A DNA stretch of 48,818 nucleotides, from the UHGV virus genome UHGV-1992300; one strand, given 5' to 3'. Each line of letters begins with the position of its first letter. The stretch's first letter is position 1. Source of the DNA: a virus. Shown piece by piece: positions 1 to 9,123 of the stretch. The translations under genes and the position numbers were made by a program. Under the pieces are notes generated by a model that saw only the letters and a list, made by a program, of their open reading frames with translations, was not told the DNA's origin and ran no database searches.

Positions 1-34
1 TTCAACTTCTCTCATTAGTTAGTGTGGCTTTTAG

Positions 35-286
35 TCAAGTAAGATGACGTCTTGGTCTCGCTGATGCCTGGCGCTCAATCCAGCGATCAATTTCTTCCAG
101 GTTGTAAAAGCATGGACTGTTATCCCATGGCATACCGTCATGAGCGACATGCTTATATTCCCTTCCTTCCATAAACGATTTTTCCCGGGCCTTTTTTAAC
201 GTACCTTTTTTTATTCCTTTCAGCGCAATTAACTGCTCTTCGGATACCCATTTGCCGGGAGAGACAATCATGATTACTTCGCTCAT
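35..286 (-). CDS. excisionase-like small DNA-binding protein
   Basis: 83-aa ORF at the far left of the early-left arm; a 'DGREY'-containing segment resembles the lambda Xis DNA-binding region (from memory). Integrase would lie left of the window. Confidence 0.55.
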   Translation of the reverse strand: MSEVIMIVSPGKWVSEEQLIALKGIKKGTLKKAREKSFMEGREYKHVAHDGMPWDNSPCFYNLEEIDRWIERQASARPRRHLT

Positions 287-358
287 CGATTTCTTTATCT
301 CTTACATCAGACGAGCGCCGGTTGCAGAATACCAGTCACAACCGGCGACAGTTGAACA

Positions 359-2830
359 TTAAGAATCAGCCTGACTCGGGATCAGTTTTTGCCAGATAAC
401 TGAAACGTATTTTGCTTGGTAACGGGCGTCATCAAGTGCATTATGGCGCTCACCTTCGAATGGAATAGCCGTTCTGGCATCGAAATCTATGGCTTTCCCC
501 AGCTCAACGATTGTGCGTACATCGCGATCGTTGTAGTAACGCCACGGGCAGGGGATCCCCTGCCGTTCGTATGAACGGCGCAAAATCGTGTTGTCGAAGT
601 TGGCTCCATTTCCCCAAACCTGAACAAAAAATTCACCGGAGTTTTCGTCGATAAATTCCCGCAATTGTAACAGTGCATCATCTAGCGGGATTTCATCGGT
701 CATAATGGCAGATTGTGCTTCGCGTGATTGCTTAAGCCACCATTTAATGGTGTCCCGATCAATGACTCCGCCAGCAGTTTCCAGATCGATAGTCTTACTA
801 AATTCCGGTCCTATATCTCCGGTTTGCGGATCGAAAAATATTGCACCTATTGAGATGATCGGTGCATCAGGATTTTTTCCCATGGTTTCAAGGTCGATCA
901 TTAGATGGTCACACGTCCTGCTGGTGGATGTGATTTCGTGATGACTGTTCACCTTAATTGAGTGATCTGCCGTCTCGCCAGTTTCATTATCGCTATTGTG
1001 ATGCTGATTGCCGCCAGTGTTCTCCTTGTGTGGATGTTCAGCGCCTTCCATTTCCTCCGGATCATCTTCCTGAACTTCAACCTGATACTCTTCATCGAAT
1101 GTTTTTTGGTATGTTGCGTCGCCCATCACCGCGCCACAATCAGGGCAGTTGCCGCCGCCGGTCTGACCGCAGGCGGTGCAGACTTTTTCCACTTCCTGTT
1201 GCGCCACTGGTTCAGGCTGTTTCGTTTCTGGCTCGTTTTGTAACGCATTTGGGCTGTTTTGTTCCGCTTTTTGGTAGTTCCGTTCCGATTCATGCTGGTT
1301 CTGGTTCACAGAATCGCGGGTCTGGATCCCCTTAACCCATTTCGGATCATTCGGGTCACTAATCCCTTCAACAAATTCACCATGTGATGCAGCAAGCAAC
1401 TTATCGGCGTCAGGCTGGCTGATATTGGCTGCCTGCATAATTTTGTTTACTTCGTCAGCGGTAACTTTTATCGGCTCTGGTTGTTCTGAATCTTCAGCGG
1501 TATCTACATTTTGCGGTAAGCCCGTGTATGTGCCATTTTTTCGGGCAAAATATTCTTCTTTTGTGATTTCAGTGGCGCCAGCAGCCAGTGCCTTATCCAG
1601 ACCAGAAAGTTTGTTTGCGCGACCGTATTTTTCTCCGTCCTTATCTGTGAAGAGGAAATAGAACGGCCCCTCACGCTCTACAGATGGTTCAGCTTCCGGC
1701 GCGGTTTCATTTTTTGGGATATCAGATACCTCAGTTTCCACTGCATCAGTTTGTGTTTCTGATGACTGGAGAACATCAACAGTGCCCAGGTCTGTTTCTT
1801 CATTCTCAAACACGCCCTTTGTCGTCAGGTATTCGCAGATATATTTGTTCAGTGCTACGGGATCTTTGTGAATGTCGATCGGACGCTCACGGACAAGGCC
1901 AAAAATAGTTTGGCGGTCGTAGCGAAGGGCATCAGGCTGTTTGCGCATTGATGCCGAGATACGCTTCCAGTCTTCGCGGTCGTTGTCGATAACTTCTTTT
2001 TTTGCCCAGCGATGGATGCTGCCGTCAATGTTTCCGGCATCCACATCACCAGGCCAGAGAGCGTAGGCCAGTTCGTCATCCAGTGTTTTCCATGTCTGCT
2101 TGTATTCGCGATGAATGGCAGCAATGACCGGGCTGATTTTTCCTGTTGAATTTTCACTGTGCTGTTGATTGGTTCTGGCGCGGGCGAGATCAACAACAGA
2201 CGTGTATTTTCCGGTTTCCTTGCGTTCACCTTCGCGACGTTTTTTCCAGATGCGCATCTCTGCCTGAATTTCGGGCCATTTGGCACCAGGCTTACATTTA
2301 TGCTTAACCCACCCGATGGCATGCAGCTTAAGCTCCGGATACATGGCGTTAACTTCTGGCATTTTCATCAACGCTTCAACGATATGTCCGTCGAATGTTG
2401 CCATGTCTTCCTGCAACAATTCCTGTGCGCTAATAACCATATCAACGGTGATGTTTTCACATGTGTCGAACTTAACCATGACAGCGTTCTGTACTTCAGG
2501 GGCCAGCTTGTCAAAAGTGACGTTCATCGGATCGGATTCAGTCTCAACCGGGACAAAGGAAGCAGACTCCTCATCCCAGCGGTTTTCCTGCATATATTCA
2601 GCATCCCAGGAATCGAGGGCAGGGCGGGGTATACCGGGTTTATCCTCGCAGACAAGAAATTTATAAGCGCAGTCCTGAGCAGCCGGATAATGTTCCAGGA
2701 ATTGCCAGTGAAATTTTGCGCGGGCGCGACGTTCATCACCGGCTTCAATGGCAGTGGCTACAGCGACGGCACCTTCTTCCTTTATTGCCTGTTCGTCCGG
2801 AATGGCGGCGCAAATAAAGACTTTACTCAT
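359..2830 (-). CDS. large prophage exonuclease (annotated in relatives as exodeoxyribonuclease VIII-like); C-terminal DnaQ/DEDDh-type 3'-5' exonuclease domain
   Basis: 823-aa ORF with GAGGT RBS. C-terminal ~190 aa carry exonuclease motifs ('MIDLETMG', 'WGNGANFD', 'HNALDDA'); central Cys4 'CTACGQ...CPDCG' zinc-ribbon-like motif. No adjacent recT/bet-like partner seen. Confidence 0.75.
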   Translation of the reverse strand: MSKVFICAAIPDEQAIKEEGAVAVATAIEAGDERRARAKFHWQFLEHYPAAQDCAYKFLVCEDKPGIPRPALDSWDAEYMQENRWDEESASFVPVETESDPMNVTFDKLAPEVQNAVMVKFDTCENITVDMVISAQELLQEDMATFDGHIVEALMKMPEVNAMYPELKLHAIGWVKHKCKPGAKWPEIQAEMRIWKKRREGERKETGKYTSVVDLARARTNQQHSENSTGKISPVIAAIHREYKQTWKTLDDELAYALWPGDVDAGNIDGSIHRWAKKEVIDNDREDWKRISASMRKQPDALRYDRQTIFGLVRERPIDIHKDPVALNKYICEYLTTKGVFENEETDLGTVDVLQSSETQTDAVETEVSDIPKNETAPEAEPSVEREGPFYFLFTDKDGEKYGRANKLSGLDKALAAGATEITKEEYFARKNGTYTGLPQNVDTAEDSEQPEPIKVTADEVNKIMQAANISQPDADKLLAASHGEFVEGISDPNDPKWVKGIQTRDSVNQNQHESERNYQKAEQNSPNALQNEPETKQPEPVAQQEVEKVCTACGQTGGGNCPDCGAVMGDATYQKTFDEEYQVEVQEDDPEEMEGAEHPHKENTGGNQHHNSDNETGETADHSIKVNSHHEITSTSRTCDHLMIDLETMGKNPDAPIISIGAIFFDPQTGDIGPEFSKTIDLETAGGVIDRDTIKWWLKQSREAQSAIMTDEIPLDDALLQLREFIDENSGEFFVQVWGNGANFDNTILRRSYERQGIPCPWRYYNDRDVRTIVELGKAIDFDARTAIPFEGERHNALDDARYQAKYVSVIWQKLIPSQADS

Positions 2831-2922
2831 TTTGTTTTACCTCATTACAGATTTAAGGGTGAACAAATCCCTGCCATTGCTGGCATATAAGAATGAAACC
2901 GGATATTTATTACGGAACTGTT

Positions 2923-3114
2923 TTAAAGACCTGCCGGGATTTCGTTATTATCCTGGTGAATAACTTTATCGACCGGGTAACAGTTACCGGGAATTTTCTG
3001 TTCGGTTGCTGCAGTCACACACTCCTGCATTGTCCTGTGAACACTGACTGCAATATCAACTGGCTCTCCGGAAACAAGAAAAACTGTCAGAACAAGTGCA
3101 AATGCTGTATTCAT
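2923..3114 (-). CDS. ydfD: YdfD-like small membrane (lysis) protein
   Basis: 63 aa from internal ATG 'MNTAFALVLTVFLVSGEPVD...': N-terminal hydrophobic helix; start overlaps the stop of the upstream DicB-like ORF; matches my recollection of Qin YdfD. Confidence 0.5.
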   Translation of the reverse strand: MNTAFALVLTVFLVSGEPVDIAVSVHRTMQECVTAATEQKIPGNCYPVDKVIHQDNNEIPAGL

Positions 3115-3299
3115 TGCCAGCATCCTTTTTGTATCGGACGTAAACGGGCCAGCATTGAAAGAATGCATATTTTATTTAATAGCTCCCGTTCGTGTTTTCT
3201 CTTGTTAATGGCATCTTCAGTAAATACAGGGTTACTGATATTGACACCAATTTCAAAACAACCTTCAGACGTATTAACGTTTGGTAATAACGTTTCCAT
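3111..3299 (-). CDS. dicB: DicB-like cell-division inhibitor
   Basis: 62 aa 'METLLPNVNTSEGCFEIGV...NKICILSMLARL' with GAGGA RBS; near-identical (from memory) to E. coli DicB; lies downstream of a DicF-like element. Confidence 0.65.
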   Translation of the reverse strand: METLLPNVNTSEGCFEIGVNISNPVFTEDAINKRKHERELLNKICILSMLARLRPIQKGCWQ

Positions 3300-3468
3300 T
3301 ATCGCGTCCTCAACAATGAATTTTGTGATGCGGTGCCTGGTGCCTCCAGGTGACGTTAACCAGTTAACAATTAACGCCGGATACAGAGAATCCACCCATA
3401 ACACTGTTTTTGGTTTTAACTGTTCCGCGTGCGCTCAGCCGCATTCACCACATCACAAAATTCACTTT

Positions 3469-3526
3469 AAAAAGGGCGGCAGAGCAGTCACGGAGTAAAA
3501 CTGATACCGCCAAACGTCACCAGAAA
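3469..3526 (-). ncRNA. dicF: DicF-like small RNA
   Basis: Minus-strand read is TTTCTGGTGACGTTTGGCGGTATCAGTTTTACTCCGTGACTGCTCTGCCGCCCTTTTT: GC hairpin plus U-tract terminator, ~170 nt upstream of the DicB-like ORF, matching the DicF sequence as I recall it. Confidence 0.6.
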
Positions 3527-3862
3527 ATTGATAACAGAGGGCGTTGCAGCGGGGTTGTCACTTAAGCGTATGGTCAACCTGACAACTCGGTNNNNNNNNN
3601 NNNNNNNNNNNATAACCCCGCCATACTTACCGCCGCGCCATTTCGCGGATTGCCACAACCGGAAGCGCACGGTCGACGAAAATTTAACGACAGGCTATCT
3701 ATGAACCAGCTACCTCGCCGTGCGCTTTCGCGTTATGGTCTGACTTTTCAGGGAAATATCCTTTCAGTAAACTGTCAGTGCCGGATGCTCACCCGTGTCC
3801 GGCGCGCGCACTCCACCTCACCCGTGGAGAACTCCTTAATCACCAACCCTCAGGAGGGTGAA

Positions 3863-4138
3863 ATGTCGACTGAAAATGATGAAATCATTAACTCCCTGAT
3901 ACGCCAGATTAATAATTTTGATAAAGCATTGCAACATGCTGCGGCGCGTAGTGATATAACTCTTTTAGCAATTTCATTTCTTGCATCTGTTATGGATAAA
4001 AATGAAGTCGTACGACAGAGTCTTGTTGATTATATCGACTCGCTTCAACCCGGCACTTTCAATCATGAGAGCTTCAATCATGAGAAAGAGCATGTTAAGT
4101 CTGTAATTAATTCTCTTATTTTGAATCAAAAGAATTAA
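3863..4138 (+). CDS. hypothetical protein (AT-rich, opposite orientation to the early-left operon)
   Basis: 91-aa ORF from ATG 3863 with strong SD (AGGAGGGTGAA-ATG); AT-rich coding sequence; overlaps the 3' end of a minus-strand ORF by 23 nt. No recognisable domain. Confidence 0.4.
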   Translation: MSTENDEIINSLIRQINNFDKALQHAAARSDITLLAISFLASVMDKNEVVRQSLVDYIDSLQPGTFNHESFNHEKEHVKSVINSLILNQKN

Positions 4139-4448
4139 TGCTTTTTGTTGCAAAGTAATTTTCAAGGGGTTCTATTCGAATCCCTTTCTTTTTCATTAAC
4201 AAGCCAAACCCCTTATCAATGATGTCCATTAGATCCAGGAAGTATTTTTCATGTAAATCCTGGTTATCAGAGAGCTGCTTCTCTTCGTACAGCCCGATAA
4301 AGGCTCGGCGTACGTTACCGGATATATTGTCGATGGTTTCTTTTTCTACGGTACTCAGGTCAAGAGTCGCCAGTTGAGAGCGAACCACATTCGATGCCAT
4401 TTCCTGGAATGGTACTGGTAAATCTTTAAATTCCATCGTCAACCTCAT
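4116..4448 (-). CDS. hypothetical early-left operon protein
   Basis: 110-aa ORF whose ATG overlaps the stop of the upstream ORF (ATGA coupling); no recognisable domain. Confidence 0.45.
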   Translation of the reverse strand: MRLTMEFKDLPVPFQEMASNVVRSQLATLDLSTVEKETIDNISGNVRRAFIGLYEEKQLSDNQDLHEKYFLDLMDIIDKGFGLLMKKKGIRIEPLENYFATKSINSFDSK

Positions 4449-4681
4449 CAGTCAGTGTTTCTGGTTAACCAGCGACGCGCGCCAGCTTCAGTTTTAAACG
4501 TTTTGCTTCTGGTATACGTCATCGCGGTAAACGTGCCGTCCTGGTTGGGGAACACGCCACATACCAGAGATTCGTTGTTGCCAAGATTGAGCATATCCAT
4601 GTTGACCTCATTTCCCCTTAACGCCGGGGTAGCGGAACAAAAACCTGCTGCATAGTTATTAAAGTTGAAACCTGCCGTCAT
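4448..4681 (-). CDS. hypothetical early-left operon protein (first gene after PL-like promoter)
   Basis: 77-aa ORF immediately downstream (leftward) of the operator/promoter region at 4783-4826; occupies the ydfA-like position. Confidence 0.45.
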   Translation of the reverse strand: MTAGFNFNNYAAGFCSATPALRGNEVNMDMLNLGNNESLVCGVFPNQDGTFTAMTYTRSKTFKTEAGARRWLTRNTD

Positions 4682-4782
4682 GTTCTTACGCCTCGGGCTG
4701 GCTACTTAACCCCTGACCACTGCCTGGTAACTCGAAGTATTGCCCTGCATTCTGTGGGGCGGGGTGGGTTGGTATGAAAAGA

Positions 4783-4826
4783 AGGATACCCATAGGTATT
4801 TAAAAAGTAAATACCCATGGGTAAAT
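4783..4826 (-). promoter_or_regulatory. PL-like leftward promoter with two palindromic operator sites
   Basis: Minus-strand read gives -35 TTTACT, 17-bp spacer, -10 TATCCT. Overlapping palindromes ATACCCATAGGTAT (4786-4799) and TACCCATGGGTA (4812-4825) share half-sites with the sites in the divergent cI/cro region. Confidence 0.5.
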
Positions 4827-4865
4827 TTTTGCGGTGTCTTAACTGGTGACTAGTTGTTTGGTGAG

Positions 4866-5285
4866 CTATGATGCGTTTTGTGCTTTCTTTTTACGGATTT
4901 CTTCGTAGATCATATTGTAATACTGTTTTTTCTCTTCAAGAGTTTTTAATAATTTATCCGCTTCACTTTCTGGCAGTTCGTCTAAGAGATCTAAAAAAAT
5001 ACGTTGTCGTGGCGTTAGAACCCTTGTTTCATAACTGGAGGCTGTGTTCGTTGATGATGAAACGATACCATCCATCCATCCCCGGGGTAACCCAAAGGAC
5101 TCTTCGATAATCTCCACCATATCATCAGCGATCCGTTTTTTTCCCTTTTTCCCCTCTGGGTACAACATTCTTGATACATAAGAAGGCTCGCGCCCGATCT
5201 TTCTGGCCACGTTAACCGCTTTACCATCGCATTTCTCATCACGAATTTTGATGAGTTGCTGTCGTCTAAATTCATATTTGTCCAT
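4866..5285 (-). CDS. CI/DicA-like prophage repressor (HTH)
   Basis: 139 aa; N-terminal HTH-like segment 'VARKIGREPSYVSRMLY'; C-terminal region resembles DicA ('LLDELPESEADKLL...'); divergent from a Cro-like gene across an operator-rich 100-bp spacer. Confidence 0.75.
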   Translation of the reverse strand: MDKYEFRRQQLIKIRDEKCDGKAVNVARKIGREPSYVSRMLYPEGKKGKKRIADDMVEIIEESFGLPRGWMDGIVSSSTNTASSYETRVLTPRQRIFLDLLDELPESEADKLLKTLEEKKQYYNMIYEEIRKKKAQNAS

Positions 5286-5304
5286 AGGTAAATAATAGAT
5301 GCGA

Positions 5305-5360
5305 TTACCGCAAGGTAAACAACCTGTGGGTATTGACTTTTGTTTACCTGTGGGTATTCT
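5305..5360 (+). promoter_or_regulatory. OR/PR-like operator-promoter region
   Basis: Three related sites TTACCGCAAGGTAA (5305-5318), ACCTGTGGGTATT (5322-5334) and TACCTGTGGGTATT (5345-5358); -35 TTGACT (5333-5338), 16-bp spacer, -10 TATTCT (5355-5360); AAGGAG RBS precedes the ATG at 5386. Confidence 0.55.
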
Positions 5361-5385
5361 TTGCTGTGTTTACTAAGGAGTAGCT

Positions 5386-5667
5386 ATGGAAGAATTAAGA
5401 ATATTTCTCAATTCTCTTTCGTCAGATGAACAGCGTATGTTTGCATGCGAGTGTGGTACCAGCATCGGTTATCTAAGAAAGGCATTGAGTAAAGGTCAAG
5501 TGTTAGGGGCATCGTTATGTGTCCTTATTGAGCGAGCCAGTAATGGTGAAGTTACACGTCAGCAACTAAGGCCTTTTGATTGGATGAATATTTGGCCCGA
5601 GCTGGAAGATACCAAAACGTTAACACAACCACTTTCTAGGAGCTTGATTCATGAAAATCAAGCATGA
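5386..5667 (+). CDS. Cro/YdaS-like HTH regulator
   Basis: 93 aa; 'GTSIGYLRKALSKGQ' HTH-like segment; position and size match Cro/YdaS-family proteins of Rac/Qin-type prophages. Confidence 0.7.
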   Translation: MEELRIFLNSLSSDEQRMFACECGTSIGYLRKALSKGQVLGASLCVLIERASNGEVTRQQLRPFDWMNIWPELEDTKTLTQPLSRSLIHENQA

Positions 5668-6076
5668 ACACATCCGCATGGCGATGAATGTCTGGGCGCA
5701 TCCGGACGGCGAAAAAGTGCCGGCTGCGAAAATTACCAAAGCGTATTTCGAGCTGGGAATGACGTTCCCGGAACTGTATGACGACAGCCATCCGGAAGCC
5801 CTGGCCCGTAATACCCAGAAAATTTTCCGTTGGCTGGATAAAGACACCCCTGATGCTGTTGAAAAAATGCAGGCTCTGTTACCGGCGATCGAAAAGGCGA
5901 TGCCGCCTTTGCTGGTGGCCCGTATGCGTAGCCACAGTTCTGAATATTACCGTGATATCGTCGAACGGAGGGATCGGCTGGTGAAGGATGTCGATGATTT
6001 TGTTGCGTCAGCGGTTGTTTTGTATGACCAGATGAATCGCGGCGGCCCGGCAGGGAATGCTGTGGTGATGCACTAA
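5651..6076 (+). CDS. YdaT-like protein (CII-position regulator)
   Basis: 141 aa immediately after the Cro-like gene with a short overlap; matches the YdaT family by size, position and sequence character (from memory). Confidence 0.6.
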   Translation: MKIKHEHIRMAMNVWAHPDGEKVPAAKITKAYFELGMTFPELYDDSHPEALARNTQKIFRWLDKDTPDAVEKMQALLPAIEKAMPPLLVARMRSHSSEYYRDIVERRDRLVKDVDDFVASAVVLYDQMNRGGPAGNAVVMH

Positions 6077-6098
6077 AAGCACGGTGTTCGGGGGTTTT

Positions 6099-7091
6099 AT
6101 GAGCAGCAAGCTTCATGGTCTTGTCTGGGAAGGGTGCGCCTTCACCGGCATGATCTTATCCAGGGTGGCGGTTATGGCCCGTCTTGCAGACTACAGCAAT
6201 GACGAGGGCGTGTCATGGCCTGCCATTGAAACTATCCGGCGTCAGATCGGTGCAAGAAGTGAATCCACAGTGAAATCGGCTATTGCAGAACTGGCGAAAG
6301 AGGGCTGGCTGACGAAGGAAGAGCGTAAGGTCGGTGGGCGTAATGTAAGCAATATCTATCGGCTTAATGTGGAAAAACTCGAAGCAGCTGCGGCGGCGGC
6401 GCGTGAGTCATATAAACCGAAAAGAAAAATTAGCCCGGCAAAAAATGACCCGTTAACAGTTGACCCGTCAAATATTGACCCGTTAACAGTTGACCCGTCA
6501 AATATTGACCCCTCAACGGTTGACCCGTCAAATTTTGATGGATCAACCGTTGATAAAAAACTGCCGATTAGGGGGGCGATGATTGACCCCGATCCGTCAG
6601 TATTAAAACCTGATCCGTCAGATAAAAGATCTTCTTGTCCGGACGCTTCGCAACCGGACCCGCAGACGGCTGAACAGGATTTTTTAACCCGACACCCTGA
6701 CGCGGTTGTGTTCAGTGCGAAAAAACGCCAGTGGGGAAGTCAGGAAGATTTGGTGTGCGCACAGTGGATCTGGGGACGAATCGTGAGTCTTTACGAGCAG
6801 GCGGCCAGCGATGATGGCGAGATCACTAGACCGAAAGAACCCAACTGGACAGCATGGGCCAATGACGTTCGCACAATGCGGATGCTGGATGGCAGAACTC
6901 ACAGACAAATTTGTGAAATGTTTGGGCGTCTCCAGCGGGATTCGTTCTGGGTAAAAAACATCATGAGTCCGGCAAAACTCCGGGAAAAATGGGATGAACT
7001 GGTTATCCGCCTGGGGCGTTCGCCTGCGCAGCGTTGCGTGAATCACATTTCTGAACCGGACACTGAAATACCGCCGGGATTCAGGGGGTGA
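6099..7091 (+). CDS. replication initiation protein (lambda O-like, iteron-containing)
   Basis: ~330 aa; N-terminal HTH-like region; internal peptide repeats (PLTVDPSNID x3) are encoded by the iteron array; directly followed by a DnaC-like gene. Start at ATG 6099 preferred over GTG 6084. Confidence 0.8.
   Translation: MSSKLHGLVWEGCAFTGMILSRVAVMARLADYSNDEGVSWPAIETIRRQIGARSESTVKSAIAELAKEGWLTKEERKVGGRNVSNIYRLNVEKLEAAAAAARESYKPKRKISPAKNDPLTVDPSNIDPLTVDPSNIDPSTVDPSNFDGSTVDKKLPIRGAMIDPDPSVLKPDPSDKRSSCPDASQPDPQTAEQDFLTRHPDAVVFSAKKRQWGSQEDLVCAQWIWGRIVSLYEQAASDDGEITRPKEPNWTAWANDVRTMRMLDGRTHRQICEMFGRLQRDSFWVKNIMSPAKLREKWDELVIRLGRSPAQRCVNHISEPDTEIPPGFRG
6446..6553. repeat. replication origin iterons (seven 15-bp direct repeats, TGACCCGT-core)
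   Basis: TGACCCGTTAACAGT / TGACCCGTCAAATAT units repeated in tandem inside the O-like gene, followed by an A/T-richer stretch, as in lambda ori. Confidence 0.75.
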
Positions 7092-7097
7092 CGTGTC

Positions 7098-7844
7098 ATG
7101 AAAAACATTGCGGCAGGCGGCGTTCTTGAACGTATCCGAAGACTGGCTCCGCCACATGTAACCGCCCCATTCAGAACGGTAGCGGAGTGGCACGAGTGGC
7201 AACTTGCTGAAGGCCAGAAACGTAGCGAGGAGATCAACCGCCTGAATCGCCAGTTGCGGGTGGAAAAAATTCTGAATCGCTCAGGCATCCAGCCGTTGCA
7301 CCGTAAATGCTCGTTTGCGAATTACCAGGTGCAGAACGACGGTCAGCGATACGCGTTGAGCCAGGCGAAATCTATCGCTGATGAACTGATGACCGGATGC
7401 ACAAATTTCGCGTTTAGCGGAAAACCTGGTACCGGGAAGAACCACTTAGCAGCAGCTATCGGGAATCGCCTGCTGAAAGACGGTCAGACAGTGATTGTGG
7501 TTACCGTGGCTGATGTTATGAGTGCCCTCCACGCCAGCTATGACGATGGGCAGTCAGGCGAAAAATTTTTGCGGGAACTGTGCGAAGTGGATCTGCTGGT
7601 TCTTGATGAAATTGGCATTCAGCGCGAGACGAAAAACGAGCAGGTGGTACTGCACCAGATTGTTGATCGCCGGACAGCGTCGATGCGCAGCGTGGGGATG
7701 CTGACAAACCTGAACTATGAGGCCATGAAAACATTGCTCGGCGAGCGGATTATGGATCGCATGACCATGAACGGCGGGCTATGGGTGAATTTTAACTGGG
7801 AGAGCTGGCGTCCGAATGTCGTCCAGCCAGGAATTGCGAAGTAA
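7098..7844 (+). CDS. DnaC-like helicase loader (AAA+ ATPase)
   Basis: 248 aa with Walker A '[15 protein letters not shown]' and Walker B 'LLVLDEIG'; overlaps the stop of the O-like gene. Confidence 0.9.
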   Translation: MKNIAAGGVLERIRRLAPPHVTAPFRTVAEWHEWQLAEGQKRSEEINRLNRQLRVEKILNRSGIQPLHRKCSFANYQVQNDGQRYALSQAKSIADELMTGCTNFAFSGKPGTGKNHLAAAIGNRLLKDGQTVIVVTVADVMSALHASYDDGQSGEKFLRELCEVDLLVLDEIGIQRETKNEQVVLHQIVDRRTASMRSVGMLTNLNYEAMKTLLGERIMDRMTMNGGLWVNFNWESWRPNVVQPGIAK

Positions 7845-7866
7845 TTTTTACCGGGAGAAAAATTTA

Positions 7867-8628
7867 ATGGAGACTGTTTTTGACGCACTGAAAGCAATGG
7901 GAAAAGCCACATCCATAGAACTTGCTGCGCGACTTGATATCAGTCGTGAAGAAGTGCTGAACGAACTATGGGAACTGAAAAAGGCTGGTTTTGTTGATAA
8001 AAGCGCGTACACCTGGCGTGTGGCTGATAACAACGTTCAGCAGGAACAGCCAGCGCAGGCAGAACTGCCGGAAGAAATCACCACAGCAACAGTAGCGAAA
8101 ATCTCAGAGTGCGATTTAACCGCGACGATTGAACAACGAGGACCACAAACGGCTGATGAGCTGGCTACATTGTTTGGTACCACATCACGCAAAGTGGCTT
8201 CAACGCTGGCAATGGCAATCAGCAAAGGTCGTCTGATTCGCGTAAATCAGGGCGGTAAATTTCGTTACTGCATACCGGGCGATAATTTACCAGCAGAGCC
8301 GAAAGCAGCATCGGTAGCGGAAACTGATGGTAAGGCCTTTCCTCATACCGCAGGTGTTGCGTTACCAGTACAGGAGGCTGCAACACAGGAAGATATTAAA
8401 ACAGAAACTGTGGCGGACATTGTGCAGTCGCTGCCATCGTTTACTGAAACGCGAGCGGATGACCTGGTTTTACCATCACTGCATATGGCAAACCGCGAAC
8501 TGCGTCGGGCGAAAAATCATGTCCAGAAGTGGGAGCGAGTCTGCGCCGCGCTGCGGGAGCTGAATAAACACCGGGATATTTTCAGTTCGATTGCTGATAT
8601 TCCGGTTCATTCACCGACAACAAAGTGA
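7867..8628 (+). CDS. hypothetical protein (winged-helix-like N-terminus)
   Basis: ORF from ATG 7867 with GGAGA RBS; no function recognisable. Confidence 0.55.
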   Translation: METVFDALKAMGKATSIELAARLDISREEVLNELWELKKAGFVDKSAYTWRVADNNVQQEQPAQAELPEEITTATVAKISECDLTATIEQRGPQTADELATLFGTTSRKVASTLAMAISKGRLIRVNQGGKFRYCIPGDNLPAEPKAASVAETDGKAFPHTAGVALPVQEAATQEDIKTETVADIVQSLPSFTETRADDLVLPSLHMANRELRRAKNHVQKWERVCAALRELNKHRDIFSSIADIPVHSPTTK

Positions 8629-8643
8629 TCTCCGGAGGTGCTT

Positions 8644-9066
8644 ATGACAAGAGCATTTACACCAGAAGAGCGGGAAAAAATTAAGGGGCTGATCGTGGAA
8701 TTCGTACGCCTTAACGGACGAGGCACGATTCGGCAGTTATCGGATGAAATTGGTGTCAGTCATGCGTCTGTCGGTCGTTTATGCATGGAGCTGGCCGCCA
8801 GTGGTGATGTTTACAATTCCGGTTACGGAGTATTCCCGTCTGAGCAGGCGCGCAAGGGCTGGCAAAACGCCCGCAAAAAACTCTCAAGGGCAAAGCTGAA
8901 GAAACCATCTGTGGTTGATCCGGACCTTATCTGGCTATTACCAGACGGCGAAATACGCCGCTACGACAGGCGCCTAAACATAATCTGTCGCGAGTGCCGG
9001 AAGAGTGAAGCTATGCAGCGTGTACTGGCTTTCTATCAGGGTAATTTTCAGGAGACGGTACTGTGA
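8644..9066 (+). CDS. hypothetical protein
   Basis: ATG 8644 preceded by GGAGG; 140 aa; possible HTH 'GTIRQLSDEIGVSHASVGR'. Confidence 0.5.
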   Translation: MTRAFTPEEREKIKGLIVEFVRLNGRGTIRQLSDEIGVSHASVGRLCMELAASGDVYNSGYGVFPSEQARKGWQNARKKLSRAKLKKPSVVDPDLIWLLPDGEIRRYDRRLNIICRECRKSEAMQRVLAFYQGNFQETVL

Positions 9067-9123
9067 GTGAAATTAGCTATCAGGCTTCAATTACCGCTGG
9101 CATTCGCATCAAAGGAGAGGAGC

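Noticed and set aside
705-2890. Several 70-240-aa ORFs on the plus strand inside the exonuclease gene
   Set aside because: All lie antisense within one long, well-supported minus-strand ORF and lack start signals.
3592-3611. N-runs here and at 11851-11877, 16499-16510, 47552-47605 as biological features
   Set aside because: Ambiguous-base runs are assembly or masking gaps; frame changes across them show true lengths are unknown, so adjacent calls are downgraded instead.
6446-6553. Possible CRISPR array or mobile-element terminal repeats
   Set aside because: The 15-bp direct repeats are contiguous with no spacers and lie inside the replication initiator gene, so they are origin iterons. No CRISPR array, transposase or IS element was recognised anywhere in the window.
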